A stretch of 64,000 nucleotides of DNA from Candidatus Saccharimonadia bacterium (GTDB lineage: Bacteria; Patescibacteriota; Saccharimonadia; UBA4664), in assembly GCA_036488585.1 (NCBI GenBank), contig DASXHH010000005.1, positions 7,147-71,146 on the forward strand, given 5' to 3'. This document shows, piece by piece, positions 54,496 to 64,000 of the stretch. The position numbers were made by a program, and so were the translations under genes. Every line of letters begins with the position of its first letter. Position 1 is the stretch's first letter. The notes below the pieces were generated by a model that saw nothing but the letters and a program-made list of their open reading frames with translations, made no database searches and was not told where the DNA came from.

Positions 54496-56043
54496 ATGTC
54501 ACACACGTTCACCTGGCTCACCCATCATCGTCTAGAACTTGCCCTTGATCGCGTAAAGTCCGATCAGGGGGTGGCTGCGTCCGATTGGGCGCTGTTTCGT
54601 GGCGCCATCTTTGGTCGCGATTCGCTAATTGTGGCGCTTGACTTGCTCGAGACTCATCCCGGGCTGGTGCAATGCATCATCCTCAGCCTAGCTCGCCTGC
54701 AGGGCACGCATTATGAGGCTCTCACCGAGGAGGAGCCGGGTAAAATTCACCACGAGCACCGCACGCTATTCCACAACGGCCGCCGCCTCAAGCCGGACGC
54801 CGCCAATCTGGTGGCCCGTATCGCACAGGAGCGCAGCATCGGCTCCGGCGAGGGCTTCACCTATTACGGCACCGTCGACGCCACCGTGCAATTTGTGCGG
54901 GTGGTGGCGGCCTTTGTGCGGCAGTACGGGCCAGAGCTGCTCGACCACACCTTCGAGCACCGCGACGGCGGAACTCGCACCGTCCGCGACAGCCTCCTCG
55001 CGGCCGTCGACTGGACCGCTGGCCAAGTCGAGAGCTCGGCGCTCGGCCTCCTGGAGTTCCGCCGCACCAACCCGCACGGCCTCAAGTGGCACGTTCTGCG
55101 CGATGGCACCGCTTCATACGTGCATTCAGACGGCCAGCTAGCCAACACCACCGCGCCGGTCGCCTCGCTCGAGGTCCAGGGACTGGCCTACGACGCCCTG
55201 CTCGACGCGGCTGAGCTCTTCCCAAGCCACCGCGAGTCGGCCACCTGGCGCGCCTTGGCCTCGCGTTTGCGCCTGCACACGCTTCTGCTGTTCTGGATGC
55301 CCCAGCACCAATACTTTGCCATGGGCATCGACCGCGACGCCGAAAACCGACCTCGTCACCTCGAAGTCATCACCGGCATGCCCGGCGAGTTGCTCGACAC
55401 CCGCTTCTTCGATGACCTTCCCCGGCCTTATGACCGCCGCCGTTTGCTCGAGCCCATCGTGCGCCACCTCTACGCCTCAGACCTCATGACGCCGGTGGGG
55501 CCGCGCATGCGCTCACTCCGGCATGCCGATATCCTGCCCTACACCGATTACCAGGGCTCGTACACCAGCTGGCCGGTCATTACCGGCATCATCGCACGCG
55601 GTCTCCTCCGGCAGGGTTTCGAGCCGCTGGCCCGCGATCTCGAACACCGCCTGCTTACCGGCCTCGACCGCGTGCAGGCCTGCGCCGAATTCATTTATGT
55701 TGATGCCGCCGGCCGCCCCGCTGTGCGGTCGTATGCCCCGCGCAGTGGCCGCGCCGAATTTTTCGCCACCAACCTTCCCGAACTGCGCCAGGCCTGGACG
55801 GTTTCGGCCGCCCTGCGCGCCGCCCGCCATCTGTCTGGCCCACAGTCTGGCCGGTGGGAGAAAACCCTCAGCGTCGGCATTCTCTCCAAGCAAACGGCTC
55901 AGTCCCGCGTTATTCGGCCCATGCAAGTCCACGTGAATCAAATTGTCGGCCGGCTACAGGAAGCGGATTACCTTGAGCTCCAGGGCTATGGCTACGAGAT
56001 TGCCAAAGCCCCCTGGCTTCAGCCTGCACCAGGTCCATCGTAA
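54496..56043 (+). CDS. Glycogen debranching enzyme, amylo-alpha-1,6-glucosidase (GDE_C) family
   Basis: 515 aa; six-hairpin glycosidase GDE_C-like sequence (GFTYYGTVDATVQF...). Confidence 0.7.
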   Translation: MSHTFTWLTHHRLELALDRVKSDQGVAASDWALFRGAIFGRDSLIVALDLLETHPGLVQCIILSLARLQGTHYEALTEEEPGKIHHEHRTLFHNGRRLKPDAANLVARIAQERSIGSGEGFTYYGTVDATVQFVRVVAAFVRQYGPELLDHTFEHRDGGTRTVRDSLLAAVDWTAGQVESSALGLLEFRRTNPHGLKWHVLRDGTASYVHSDGQLANTTAPVASLEVQGLAYDALLDAAELFPSHRESATWRALASRLRLHTLLLFWMPQHQYFAMGIDRDAENRPRHLEVITGMPGELLDTRFFDDLPRPYDRRRLLEPIVRHLYASDLMTPVGPRMRSLRHADILPYTDYQGSYTSWPVITGIIARGLLRQGFEPLARDLEHRLLTGLDRVQACAEFIYVDAAGRPAVRSYAPRSGRAEFFATNLPELRQAWTVSAALRAARHLSGPQSGRWEKTLSVGILSKQTAQSRVIRPMQVHVNQIVGRLQEADYLELQGYGYEIAKAPWLQPAPGPS

Positions 56044-56106
56044 CTTTGCCACTGTTAATCGCCCGTCCCTTGCGGCACCATGAGCCGATAACAATGGAGG
56101 TGCGCC

Positions 56107-56997
56107 ATGGTCTTTCAAGATCGGACTCAGGCTGGCCACGCCTTGGCATCAGCCCTGGAACGGTACGCTCCCGACCGACCCGTGGTGATCGGGTTGCCGC
56201 GTGGTGGAATGGTGCCAGCGGCCGTCGTGGCTCGGAGCCTAGCCGCCCCGCTCGATATCATTGTGGCCCGCAAAATCTGCCATCCGTTCTCACCCGAATT
56301 TGCCATCGGTGCCATCGCCGAAAGCGGCCCGCCGGTGGGTGACATGGCCATTATGGCGGCCGTCGGCCGCGACCTTGATCGCCAGCTCCAAAACCTGCAG
56401 CAGGAGGCCGCCGCTCTCCGCGCTCGGTATACCGGCGACCGCCCACCGTACCCACTCGACGGCCGCATCGCCATCGTCGTGGATGACGGCATCGCCACCG
56501 GTCTCACCATGGAGGCGGCGGTGGCCGAGGCCTGGCGCCGCAATGCCTACGTGGTGGTAGTGGCAGTGCCGGTGGCGCCAGAAACAGCCTCCGAACGCCT
56601 GCTCAGGCTAGCTTCGGATGTGGTGGTACTGCACCAGGCGGGCGCGGAATTTCAGGCCGTCGGCCGATACTATGAGCATTTCGATCAGGTAGGCAACGAA
56701 GAAGTCGAGCTCATGATGCAAAAAACCGCAGGCGAAGCCCCCGTCGGTATCCTCATCGACCTCGAAAGTCTCAACGCCGTTCTCACTACCATCCGTAAAT
56801 ACCCGGTTACTAGTCGGGCCATTGCCAGGCAAGCCAAAACCCTAGGCGCTGCCCCCAGTGTGGTGAGTTTCTTTGAGTCCATCCCCGGTGGTACTTCGTT
56901 TCAAGATAAAAAAGATGTGATGAACCGCACTTATGAGGTGGAAGTGCTAGCGGAGCAGGAACAAGATGAGCCCGATGATTATCTGCGCAACTACTAA
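56107..56997 (+). CDS. Phosphoribosyltransferase-domain protein with C-terminal extension
   Basis: PRPP-binding loop IAIVVDDGIATGLTM; about 90 extra C-terminal residues. Confidence 0.7.
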   Translation: MVFQDRTQAGHALASALERYAPDRPVVIGLPRGGMVPAAVVARSLAAPLDIIVARKICHPFSPEFAIGAIAESGPPVGDMAIMAAVGRDLDRQLQNLQQEAAALRARYTGDRPPYPLDGRIAIVVDDGIATGLTMEAAVAEAWRRNAYVVVVAVPVAPETASERLLRLASDVVVLHQAGAEFQAVGRYYEHFDQVGNEEVELMMQKTAGEAPVGILIDLESLNAVLTTIRKYPVTSRAIARQAKTLGAAPSVVSFFESIPGGTSFQDKKDVMNRTYEVEVLAEQEQDEPDDYLRNY

Positions 56998-57083
56998 GCC
57001 CCTCCCAAATGAAAACCGGCGCCAATCGTACCTGCCCGTAGGTAGGTGACTGACGCCGGTAAAGGCGTGGTTGGTTGGAGGCT

Positions 57084-57860
57084 TCACGCACGTACAGAGT
57101 CGAGAAGCTGACGATAGCCGCGCGGCCTTCTCGGCGCGAGATCCGACCGCTGTCCCTCGAGCCACTGCTTGTACGTGACCGTGCACTCGTTGGGACTCGA
57201 GTACCCCGTGTTCCGGCCCCGGCCATAGCCGAGAACCACATCATAGTCTCGGCCACCGAACGGTATGGGGTTGAACGTCCCGGGGTCCCGGAAGGTATCC
57301 GGGTGGGGGTTGTCGTTGTACGGCCGCTCCAGATAGCTGAACTCGTCGGGCCAGTGGTAGGTTTCGATTTCGCTAATGCTCTTGCGGACGTCGTCGACCA
57401 GCTCACAAACCTCTCGGTAGTCCATCTCGCCCTCGAAGCAGAAGAGCAGCATCGCGAGGAGGTCCCTCAGCTTGGATGGTAGCGGCTCGGTCTCGACGGG
57501 GGAGGGAGGCACCTCGGCGGTCGCCGACGCGACCCCGGGGACGACTTCGGTCCCCGGCAGCGCGGCAAGCGCTGCGCGGAGGACCTCGGCCGAGTAGCCA
57601 GCCAGTTCCCGCTCCGCCTCCTTATAGGTCAAGAAGCGCGGGTCGAAGACCCAGTAGCGGATCTCCCGGTTGGGCGACAGCGGGCCGTGATGGCAGTGGT
57701 CGCACACGTTGTCCAGCGCGGCCAGGGCCGCCAGGAGCGCGAGCGCTTCGGGCTTGGGCGCGGAAAATCCGGTCAGCGGGTGAGAAGCGGCAGCAGCTGC
57801 CGCTTCTCCCTTAAGCCACTGGCCGGGCTTGGGACGACACTCGGTGGTTACAGAAGCCAT
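57084..57860 (-). CDS. Hypothetical protein
   Basis: 258-aa ORF; CDHCHH cluster; no recognisable domain. Confidence 0.45.
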   Translation of the reverse strand: MASVTTECRPKPGQWLKGEAAAAAASHPLTGFSAPKPEALALLAALAALDNVCDHCHHGPLSPNREIRYWVFDPRFLTYKEAERELAGYSAEVLRAALAALPGTEVVPGVASATAEVPPSPVETEPLPSKLRDLLAMLLFCFEGEMDYREVCELVDDVRKSISEIETYHWPDEFSYLERPYNDNPHPDTFRDPGTFNPIPFGGRDYDVVLGYGRGRNTGYSSPNECTVTYKQWLEGQRSDLAPRRPRGYRQLLDSVRA

Positions 57861-58103
57861 ATCTGGCTCCCTTCTGTGCTCGATGTGAAGTAATGGGTTG
57901 TACGCCTGCTCGCAGGACCGGAATCATATCCGGAATACGATGGTTACATTATACACAATTAATAGCCAAAAGTCAATGCTGCTCATCACCCTACCACCAC
58001 GCCCGCCATCAATATTGCGGGTTGCGGTTCTTCCATGAACAAGAGCGCTGGCTAGAGTATTAGCGGCTTATTAACCATAAGCTGTTACAATTCTAGTTAA
58101 GTT

Positions 58104-59057
58104 ATGGCACGCCGTATTTTTGCCTTATTAATCCTCGCCCTCCTGCCGGTAGGAGTCGCTTTGGCGCTTCCCGACGCGCCTGTGCCCACCGCTCCCGCTA
58201 CCCTCACCAGTGTACTGTTCGACAAAGCCGTAAAAACCACTACCCCCAACAACGTTGCCAAAACCCAAGGCATCCAACCCTACACGGTCACCGTTCACGA
58301 CAATCAGTACCAGTACTCATATCCGTTGTGCGCCACTGCTACGTTGGTGGGCGTTAATAGTAGCAATACCATCGATATCAACACCTTCGTCGCCGGTGAC
58401 ACCGCCGTGGTCAGCGTGCAACCCGATCCCGCCACGCCGGCCAAGGCCTGCATGTCTCGAATCGTACGCCAACAGGTCTCCAAAGGCCCCAGTTCCGGTG
58501 AGTGTCTACAAAACTTCCAGGTGAAAGAGGAGATTGAGGGCTCGCCCGCACCTCTTCTGGTTGGCCAAGAGTACACCTATCTGCTGCGCATTTACTCCCG
58601 CCCCACGGTCGACTGCGACGGCAACGCCTACGGCGCCAGCCCTATCACCACTGTGGTAGCGGCCGGCAAGCCGTTCGCGGTTTGGCTGGTGCGTGGAAGC
58701 GGTACCAATCCGCTCATGACCTGGTCGCTCACCACCGATACTGCCGGCCGGGCCAGTCTTTCGTACACCTTCACCGCTCCCGCCAGCGATTACAAATTCC
58801 AAATCATGCCCGGCGGCAACAACAGCCCCGGCGACGTCATTAGCTGGGGCGCCAAAGTGCTCGATCCCAACCCCTCGCCGTCGTCCACGCCCGGCCCGTC
58901 CACCTCGCGCCCGGCCGCTATCTCGATCTGGCCCGTTATCGTGGTCTTGGCGCTAATGCTGGGTGTGGCCGGGGGTATGGAATATCGCCACCGCCTCCTT
59001 AAGGCACGTGAGCATGAACTCCCTGAGGAAGAATACCAGCGGGTATCTAAGCTATAA
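58104..59057 (+). CDS. Cell-surface protein (signal peptide, C-terminal TM anchor)
   Basis: MARRIFALLILALLPVGVALA signal peptide; C-terminal Pro/Ser-rich linker, TM helix and charged tail. Confidence 0.5.
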   Translation: MARRIFALLILALLPVGVALALPDAPVPTAPATLTSVLFDKAVKTTTPNNVAKTQGIQPYTVTVHDNQYQYSYPLCATATLVGVNSSNTIDINTFVAGDTAVVSVQPDPATPAKACMSRIVRQQVSKGPSSGECLQNFQVKEEIEGSPAPLLVGQEYTYLLRIYSRPTVDCDGNAYGASPITTVVAAGKPFAVWLVRGSGTNPLMTWSLTTDTAGRASLSYTFTAPASDYKFQIMPGGNNSPGDVISWGAKVLDPNPSPSSTPGPSTSRPAAISIWPVIVVLALMLGVAGGMEYRHRLLKAREHELPEEEYQRVSKL

Positions 59058-59081
59058 CGCATGACAAAGCTCGCTGCTAGC

Positions 59082-59642
59082 TCAGTAATCGATCGTCTTC
59101 TTGGCCAAAATTCCTGAATCGTATGGGTGCTTCACCTTCACCATCTCCGTCACCAGGTCTGCCCGCTCTAAAAGTTGGGGCAATTCCCTGCCGCGATGGC
59201 CCGTGAGCACTAGGTCGAGCTGCGGTGGCTTGCTATCAATAAGTTCCAGCACTGCCTCCACCGGCAGCAGCCCGCCGGTCACCGTGCCAATAATTTCGTC
59301 CAGCACCACCACATCATACCGGCCAGAAGCAATTCGCTCCTGCGCCAGCTCCATCGCTTGCCGGGCCGCCTTTACGTGCTCATCCTCCGGCAATTTATCG
59401 CCCAGTATTTTGTAAAAACCCTTGCCAGCCTGAATAAACTCCACGTTTGGCAGATACTCGAAGCCGCCCTTCTCGCCTGTAAACCACGTCTTCACAAACT
59501 GGATCACTAGCACCCGCCGGCCATAACCCGCCGCCCTTAGGGCCAGCCCCATCGCCGCCGTAGTCTTGCCCTTACCGTCGCCGGTATACACCACCACCAA
59601 GCCGCGATCTTGCTCTTCGTGTAAGTCCTGAGCCTCTTCCAT
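59082..59642 (-). CDS. cobO: Cob(I)alamin adenosyltransferase (CobO/BtuR family)
   Basis: P-loop YTGDGKGKTTAAMGLALRAAG and QF.K family motifs. Confidence 0.85.
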   Translation of the reverse strand: MEEAQDLHEEQDRGLVVVYTGDGKGKTTAAMGLALRAAGYGRRVLVIQFVKTWFTGEKGGFEYLPNVEFIQAGKGFYKILGDKLPEDEHVKAARQAMELAQERIASGRYDVVVLDEIIGTVTGGLLPVEAVLELIDSKPPQLDLVLTGHRGRELPQLLERADLVTEMVKVKHPYDSGILAKKTIDY

Positions 59643-59658
59643 AGTTTTATTGTAACTG

Positions 59659-59690
59659 AAACGGACGGCATTTCTGCCGTCCGTTTTGTT
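59659..59690. terminator. Hairpin terminator between nrdJ and cobO
   Basis: aaacggacggca-tttct-gccgtccgtttt: 9-bp GC-rich stem flanked by A-run and T-run. Confidence 0.5.
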
Positions 59691-59712
59691 GGAGCCTTTT
59701 TACGTTATAGGC

Positions 59713-62427
59713 TTAGCACTTCGAGAAGCCGCAAATCTCGCATTTCTGGCATCCCTCGATGAACCGCAGACTCGCGTTGCCGCAATCCGGGCACATGTCA
59801 GCCAGGTTGGCCGAAGAGCTGGTGGACCCGGTCGCCACCGGCTGGCTCGCGGGGGTGAGGGCGCCGGCCGCTCCCGCCGCCGCCTCGGCCGCCTGCGCTC
59901 CATCGCCACCGCTGGCCAGTACGCTCGCCGCTGCACCCACGGCCGCCAGTTGAGCCTCCTGGGCGGTGCGCTCACCACTGTTCTTGGCTGCTTCGTGCTG
60001 GCGGATAGCCTTAGAAACCGCGTCGGCCAGCGAGCGTACTCGGTGTTGTCCGAACCCGGCCGAGCCAGAGCCGCCAATGCCAGCCAGCTGGTCGGCCACG
60101 TTCTGCGCGATCCGGTCGCTCGAGTACAGGGTGGGGATCCGGAACGACAGCGAGATCAGGCGTCCGATTGCCTCGGCGTCGGCCGTAATGTCCGAGCCGG
60201 CGCGTCCTAGGTTAATGAACACCTCAAAGATGTTGCCCTCGCCGTCCTCGTTAATCGAGATGTAGGCCGTACCCACGGGTGTGGTGATCCGGTAGGTGTA
60301 GCCGTGTAGCACTGCCGGCCGTTGCTTCATCTCTACCGGCACACCTGCCAGTGCCTTCTCGCCCTCACCAGCCTTAATCTTCTTGCCAGCCAGTTGGTCG
60401 TAGTATGAACCTTCTTTCTTGGTCTCGAGCACCTGCTTTTCGCGGCTTCCATCACGGTAGATCGTGATGCCCTTGCAGCCTGTCTCGTAAACTTGCCAGT
60501 AGGCGTCGCGTACGTCCTGCACTGTCGCTTCGTTATTGAAGTTGATGGTCTTAGAGATGGCATTGTCTACGTACCTCTGGAAAGCCGCCTGCATGTTGAT
60601 GTGCTGCTCGGGAGTAATATCGCCTGCCACCACGAACGTCCGGCGCATGTCTTCAGGCAGTTCGGCCATGTTCTGAATGGAGCCGCGGTTAGCCGACACC
60701 TTCTCCAGCAATTCCTCACTGTACAAACCCCGCTCCTTGAGTGTCTTTTCGAAGTAACGGCTGGTGTAGAACATTCGCTTGCCCTCGATAGTGTTCTTGG
60801 CGAAGGTCAGGGCAAAGATCGGCTCACAACCGCTCGAGCAATCGGCCAGCTGAGCCGTCGTACCCGTCGGCGCGATGGTGGTGCGGGCGCCGTTGCGCGG
60901 GCGGATCTCGCCCGGCTTGTCGTAGATAGAGCCCTTGAAGGCCGGGAATACGCCCCTCACGCGGGCTAGATCCACCGAGGCCACGTCCGACTCCTTCTGG
61001 ATGAACTTCATCATCCGCTCGGCCACGTCGGTACCTTCTTTGGTGTTGTAGCCAATCCCCATCGATAGCAGTGCGTCGGCAAAGCCCATAATGCCCAGCC
61101 CAATGCGGCGAATAGCACGGGTTGTTACGCGCACCTGCTCAATCGGGTACTCGTTCATGTCGAGCACATCATCCAGGAACCTGGTGCCCAGGTGCACCAT
61201 TGTGCGCAAGCGGTCCCAATCGAAATCGGTGCCAGCCTCGTTCACAAACTTGCTGACGTTAATCTGGCCCAGCGTACAGGCGTCGTAGGGGAGTAGCGGC
61301 TGCTCACCACACGGGTTGGTAGCCTCAATCTGGCCCAGCTGCGGCGTGGGGTTAGCGCGTGAGTTGTTTATGCGATCTATCAAGATCATGCCCGGATCAC
61401 CGTACTGCCAGGCTAGACGGGTAATTAGATCGTAAACCTTCTTGGCGTTCAGCCGGCCAACTTCCTTGCCAGAGTGCGGATTAATTAGGGCGTAACCACG
61501 CTCCGGATCGGTCTCAATGGTCCATTCGCGCAGGCGCTTCACAGCCGCGTCTAACCGCACCAGCTTCAGGTCGAGGTCACGGGTACGGTGCGCCTCTTTC
61601 ACTTCGGCGATCACGTCATCAAATGGGAACTCGTCCTCGTAATTCTCGGGCAAGAACTTCGCGTCGCGCTTTACGGCCTCGTAGAACTTCTCGTCCACCG
61701 TCACCGAAATGTTGAAGTTCGTCAGTGAAAACTCGTCCACCTTATACACTGCGAACAACAAAATGTCCGGATGAGTGTAGTGCAAAATGCCCATGTTGGC
61801 GCCGCGCCGTACCCCGCCCTGGCGGATCTGCGAGGTAATGTCGTTGTATGCCTGCATAAATGCGATCGGGCCGGTGGTAGTACCGCCGCTCGAGGCAATT
61901 ACATCACCCTTGGGGCGCAGCCGGGTGAAGGAGAAGCCGGTACCGCCGCCGCTGCGGTGAATTCGGGCCATATCCATAGCCGAATCCAGAATTCCCTCTA
62001 GATCATCTTCCACTGGCAACACGAAGCATGCCGACAGCTGCTGGTTGGGCTTGCCGGCGTTGAGCATGGTGGGGGTGTTAGCCACAAATTCCTGGCGCGC
62101 CATCGTGCCATAGAATGCCCGCGCCATCTCCACATGGGCCTCTGTTGGGTTTTCGCTATACAGCCGCTCAGCGGTAGCGATGTTGTAGCAAATGCGCCAC
62201 AGCATTTCTTTGGGAGTCTCGATCGGGTTGCCTTGCTTATCGCGGAAGGCGTAGCGGGTGCGCCCAATGTACCAGGCGTTTTCGCTAAAATCAGGATCCG
62301 GCAAATCTTCGGGCATCGGCGCGATCTTCTTGCCGATCACGTAGAGTTCCTCGAGCCGCTCGCGGTCCTCTGGCGTTTCTGCCTCGATGTTGTTAGCTAA
62401 TAATGCTTGCGGCGTGCTCATGGCCAC
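59713..62427 (-). CDS. nrdJ: Adenosylcobalamin-dependent ribonucleotide reductase, class II (NrdJ), with C-terminal Cys-rich zinc-finger tail
   Basis: 904 aa; class II RNR catalytic core; C-terminus CPDCG...CQKCEICGFSKC. Confidence 0.92.
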   Translation of the reverse strand: MAMSTPQALLANNIEAETPEDRERLEELYVIGKKIAPMPEDLPDPDFSENAWYIGRTRYAFRDKQGNPIETPKEMLWRICYNIATAERLYSENPTEAHVEMARAFYGTMARQEFVANTPTMLNAGKPNQQLSACFVLPVEDDLEGILDSAMDMARIHRSGGGTGFSFTRLRPKGDVIASSGGTTTGPIAFMQAYNDITSQIRQGGVRRGANMGILHYTHPDILLFAVYKVDEFSLTNFNISVTVDEKFYEAVKRDAKFLPENYEDEFPFDDVIAEVKEAHRTRDLDLKLVRLDAAVKRLREWTIETDPERGYALINPHSGKEVGRLNAKKVYDLITRLAWQYGDPGMILIDRINNSRANPTPQLGQIEATNPCGEQPLLPYDACTLGQINVSKFVNEAGTDFDWDRLRTMVHLGTRFLDDVLDMNEYPIEQVRVTTRAIRRIGLGIMGFADALLSMGIGYNTKEGTDVAERMMKFIQKESDVASVDLARVRGVFPAFKGSIYDKPGEIRPRNGARTTIAPTGTTAQLADCSSGCEPIFALTFAKNTIEGKRMFYTSRYFEKTLKERGLYSEELLEKVSANRGSIQNMAELPEDMRRTFVVAGDITPEQHINMQAAFQRYVDNAISKTINFNNEATVQDVRDAYWQVYETGCKGITIYRDGSREKQVLETKKEGSYYDQLAGKKIKAGEGEKALAGVPVEMKQRPAVLHGYTYRITTPVGTAYISINEDGEGNIFEVFINLGRAGSDITADAEAIGRLISLSFRIPTLYSSDRIAQNVADQLAGIGGSGSAGFGQHRVRSLADAVSKAIRQHEAAKNSGERTAQEAQLAAVGAAASVLASGGDGAQAAEAAAGAAGALTPASQPVATGSTSSSANLADMCPDCGNASLRFIEGCQKCEICGFSKC

Positions 62428-62525
62428 GTAATCCCCTTCTTATGTTTTTTTACTTTCGAGTCTCCAAGACCGCGCACGACCGCGTCCCCCGGTTTCTCAC
62501 AATCTACACACTCGTAATCTCGCGA

Positions 62526-63014
62526 CTACTGCTTGTGCTCTACCTTATCACTTCTGGTCTGCAAGTGGCTATTTAGGAGTTGCTTCACCTCGTCCTCAAA
62601 CGCGCTGACGTCGCTGAAGTCGCGGTACACGCTGGTAAACCTGATGTAGGCAACATGATCTAGAGCCTTCAGGTGCTCCATCACTAGAGCCCCAATCAGC
62701 TGGGCCGGCACCTCGCGCCGTTTGGCCGAGCGCAGATCCGCCTCAATCTGCTCCACCATCTGGTCCACCTGGGCGTCCGTTACCGGGCGCTTGGTGATGG
62801 CGAGAGCAATGCCGCGCCGGAGCTTGTCGGGATTAAACGTCTCCCTCCGGCCGTCGTGCTTGGTCACCACCAGGTCCATCTGCTCCACGCGCTCGTAGGT
62901 CGTGAAGCGCTGATGACAGCCGAGACATTCTCGGCGACGGCGCGTGGAAGTAGCGTCGCTTTCACGCTTATCCACAACCTTCGTATCGCAGTGTTCGCAG
63001 AATGGGCAAACCAC
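62526..63014 (-). CDS. nrdR: Transcriptional repressor NrdR
   Basis: MVCPFCEHCDTKVVDKRE zinc ribbon and ATP-cone domain. Confidence 0.9.
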   Translation of the reverse strand: MVCPFCEHCDTKVVDKRESDATSTRRRRECLGCHQRFTTYERVEQMDLVVTKHDGRRETFNPDKLRRGIALAITKRPVTDAQVDQMVEQIEADLRSAKRREVPAQLIGALVMEHLKALDHVAYIRFTSVYRDFSDVSAFEDEVKQLLNSHLQTRSDKVEHKQ

Positions 63015-63040
63015 TGTGTATTCCTTTCCGTGCTAGTTTT

Positions 63041-63112
63041 GCACAATATTTTTAGTTGCTGCACCACAACGAGTTGTGTTACGTTAGCATTATGGACGCT
63101 ACATATTGTGGC
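63041..63112. promoter_or_regulatory. Candidate NrdR boxes in the nrdR/trxA divergent region
   Basis: gCACaATATtttTAGt (63041-63056), palindrome CACAACgaGTTGTG (63065-63078) and gcCACaATATgTAGcg (reverse of 63097-63112) resemble the acaCwAtATaTwGtgt consensus. Confidence 0.4.
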
Positions 63113-63279
63113 CGTCAACATTAAAAGCACAAACGAATTCAAACCAAAAAACTCTGGTAAAGAACCGCTTAAGGTAGTTATAGTGTTCTTACTACGCGGA
63201 GGTGGAGCCAGTAGGGGGTAGGCGAATCCTCTATTTATTTCGCTCTAAATTTGGCACGCACTAAAAGGAGGCACCAAAA

Positions 63280-63600
63280 ATGATTAAAACGATCGACAAA
63301 ACTACTTTCGATGGCACTGTCCTTAAATCCGACAAGCCGGTACTGGTAGATCTATGGGCCGAATGGTGCCAGCCCTGCCGCGCCATGGAACCGACCATTG
63401 AGGCAGTGGCCAAGGAGTTTGAAGGCAAAGTTACCGTTGCCAAGCTCAATGTCGACGAAAACCCGGAGCTCGCTCAGCAGCTCGACGTTATGAGTATTCC
63501 CACCATGATGTTGTTTAAAAACGGCCAACCCGTGAACCGTCTCGTGGGCCTGTCCACCAAAGAACGCTTAACCGGCGCCATCTCGGCGGCCCTGGCCTAA
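63280..63600 (+). CDS. trxA: Thioredoxin
   Basis: WCQPC active site (WAEWCQPCRA); AAGGAGG RBS. Confidence 0.9.
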   Translation: MIKTIDKTTFDGTVLKSDKPVLVDLWAEWCQPCRAMEPTIEAVAKEFEGKVTVAKLNVDENPELAQQLDVMSIPTMMLFKNGQPVNRLVGLSTKERLTGAISAALA

Positions 63601-63621
63601 AGAAAGGAATCGGTCTCGAGC

Positions 63622-64000
63622 ATGAGCGACACCCGCAACGTCATCATCATCGGCTCCGGCCCGGCTGGCCTCACTGCCGCTATCTACGCCGCCCGCGCCA
63701 ATCTCAAGCCCCTGTTGCTTGAAGGCGAGCCCATGGGTGCTGGCGACCAACCCGGCGGACAACTCATGAACACGACCGAGATCGAGAACTTCCCCGGCGC
63801 CATCGGTCTCCAGGGCCCCGAGCTCATGGCCAAAATCCGCGAGCAAGCCGTCACATTTGGTGCCAACATCGCCTCCCAGCGTGTCACCAAGGTCGACTTC
63901 AGTGTCCGGCCATTCGGCGTCTGGGTTGGCGACCAAGAATACCGCGCCGAAACGATCATAGTGGCCACGGGCGCTAAGCCGCTCATGCTCGGCCTCGATG
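63622..64000 (+). CDS. trxB: Thioredoxin-disulfide reductase (3' end beyond window)
   Basis: FAD motif IIIGSGPAGLTAAIYAARA; ORF runs off the window. Confidence 0.85.
   Translation, partial: MSDTRNVIIIGSGPAGLTAAIYAARANLKPLLLEGEPMGAGDQPGGQLMNTTEIENFPGAIGLQGPELMAKIREQAVTFGANIASQRVTKVDFSVRPFGVWVGDQEYRAETIIVATGAKPLMLGLD

Noticed and set aside
62470-62500. NrdR-box half-site CACAATcTA between nrdR and nrdJ
   Set aside because: Only one half of the palindrome matches the consensus. Better candidates lie upstream of nrdR (63041-63112).

Overview
This is a gene-dense segment of a high-GC (roughly 58-60%) bacterial chromosome, with many short, overlapping genes. The gene set includes RNase Y, YmdB, HU, HrcA with CIRCE operators, class II NrdJ with NrdR, a secretin-less type IV pilus locus, and truncated TsaB. 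That combination points to a Gram-positive-type or CPR (Saccharibacteria-like) organism with a reduced genome. The lineage call is inference only.

Main content, in order along the window:
- murJ (partial) and ddl.
- lepA.
- The hrcA-grpE and dnaK heat-shock genes with three CIRCE operators, then dnaJ further downstream.
- tRNA-Lys followed by a small AT-rich two-gene islet.
- yebC and ruvC, separated from ruvA-ruvB by a minus-strand alpha-glucan block (glgP, PHP phosphoesterase, APH-like kinase, GH57, glgA).
- A type IV pilus locus (pilMNO, PilX-like adhesin, minor pilins, pilA, pilC, pilB) containing an unusual triple-repeat secreted protein.
- A GH63-like hydrolase, tsaEB, rny-ymdB-hup.
- A minus-strand four-gene block bracketed by tRNA-Arg and tRNA-Pro with tRNA-Gly embedded, and tRNA-His just beyond it.
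- A lower-GC accessory stretch: CPBP protease, MazG-like, Mo-oxidoreductase plus FNR-like reductase, SDR, and a cluster of small membrane proteins including an EXLDI protein and an orphan T4SS-pilin-like gene.
- A frameshifted small gene, a glycogen-debranching enzyme and a PRTase.
- cobO, nrdJ and nrdR, then trxA and partial trxB.

No CRISPR array, transposase, integrase or recognisable defence system was seen. Many long opposite-strand ORFs rich in Arg, Pro and Ala are GC-driven shadow ORFs and were not called.
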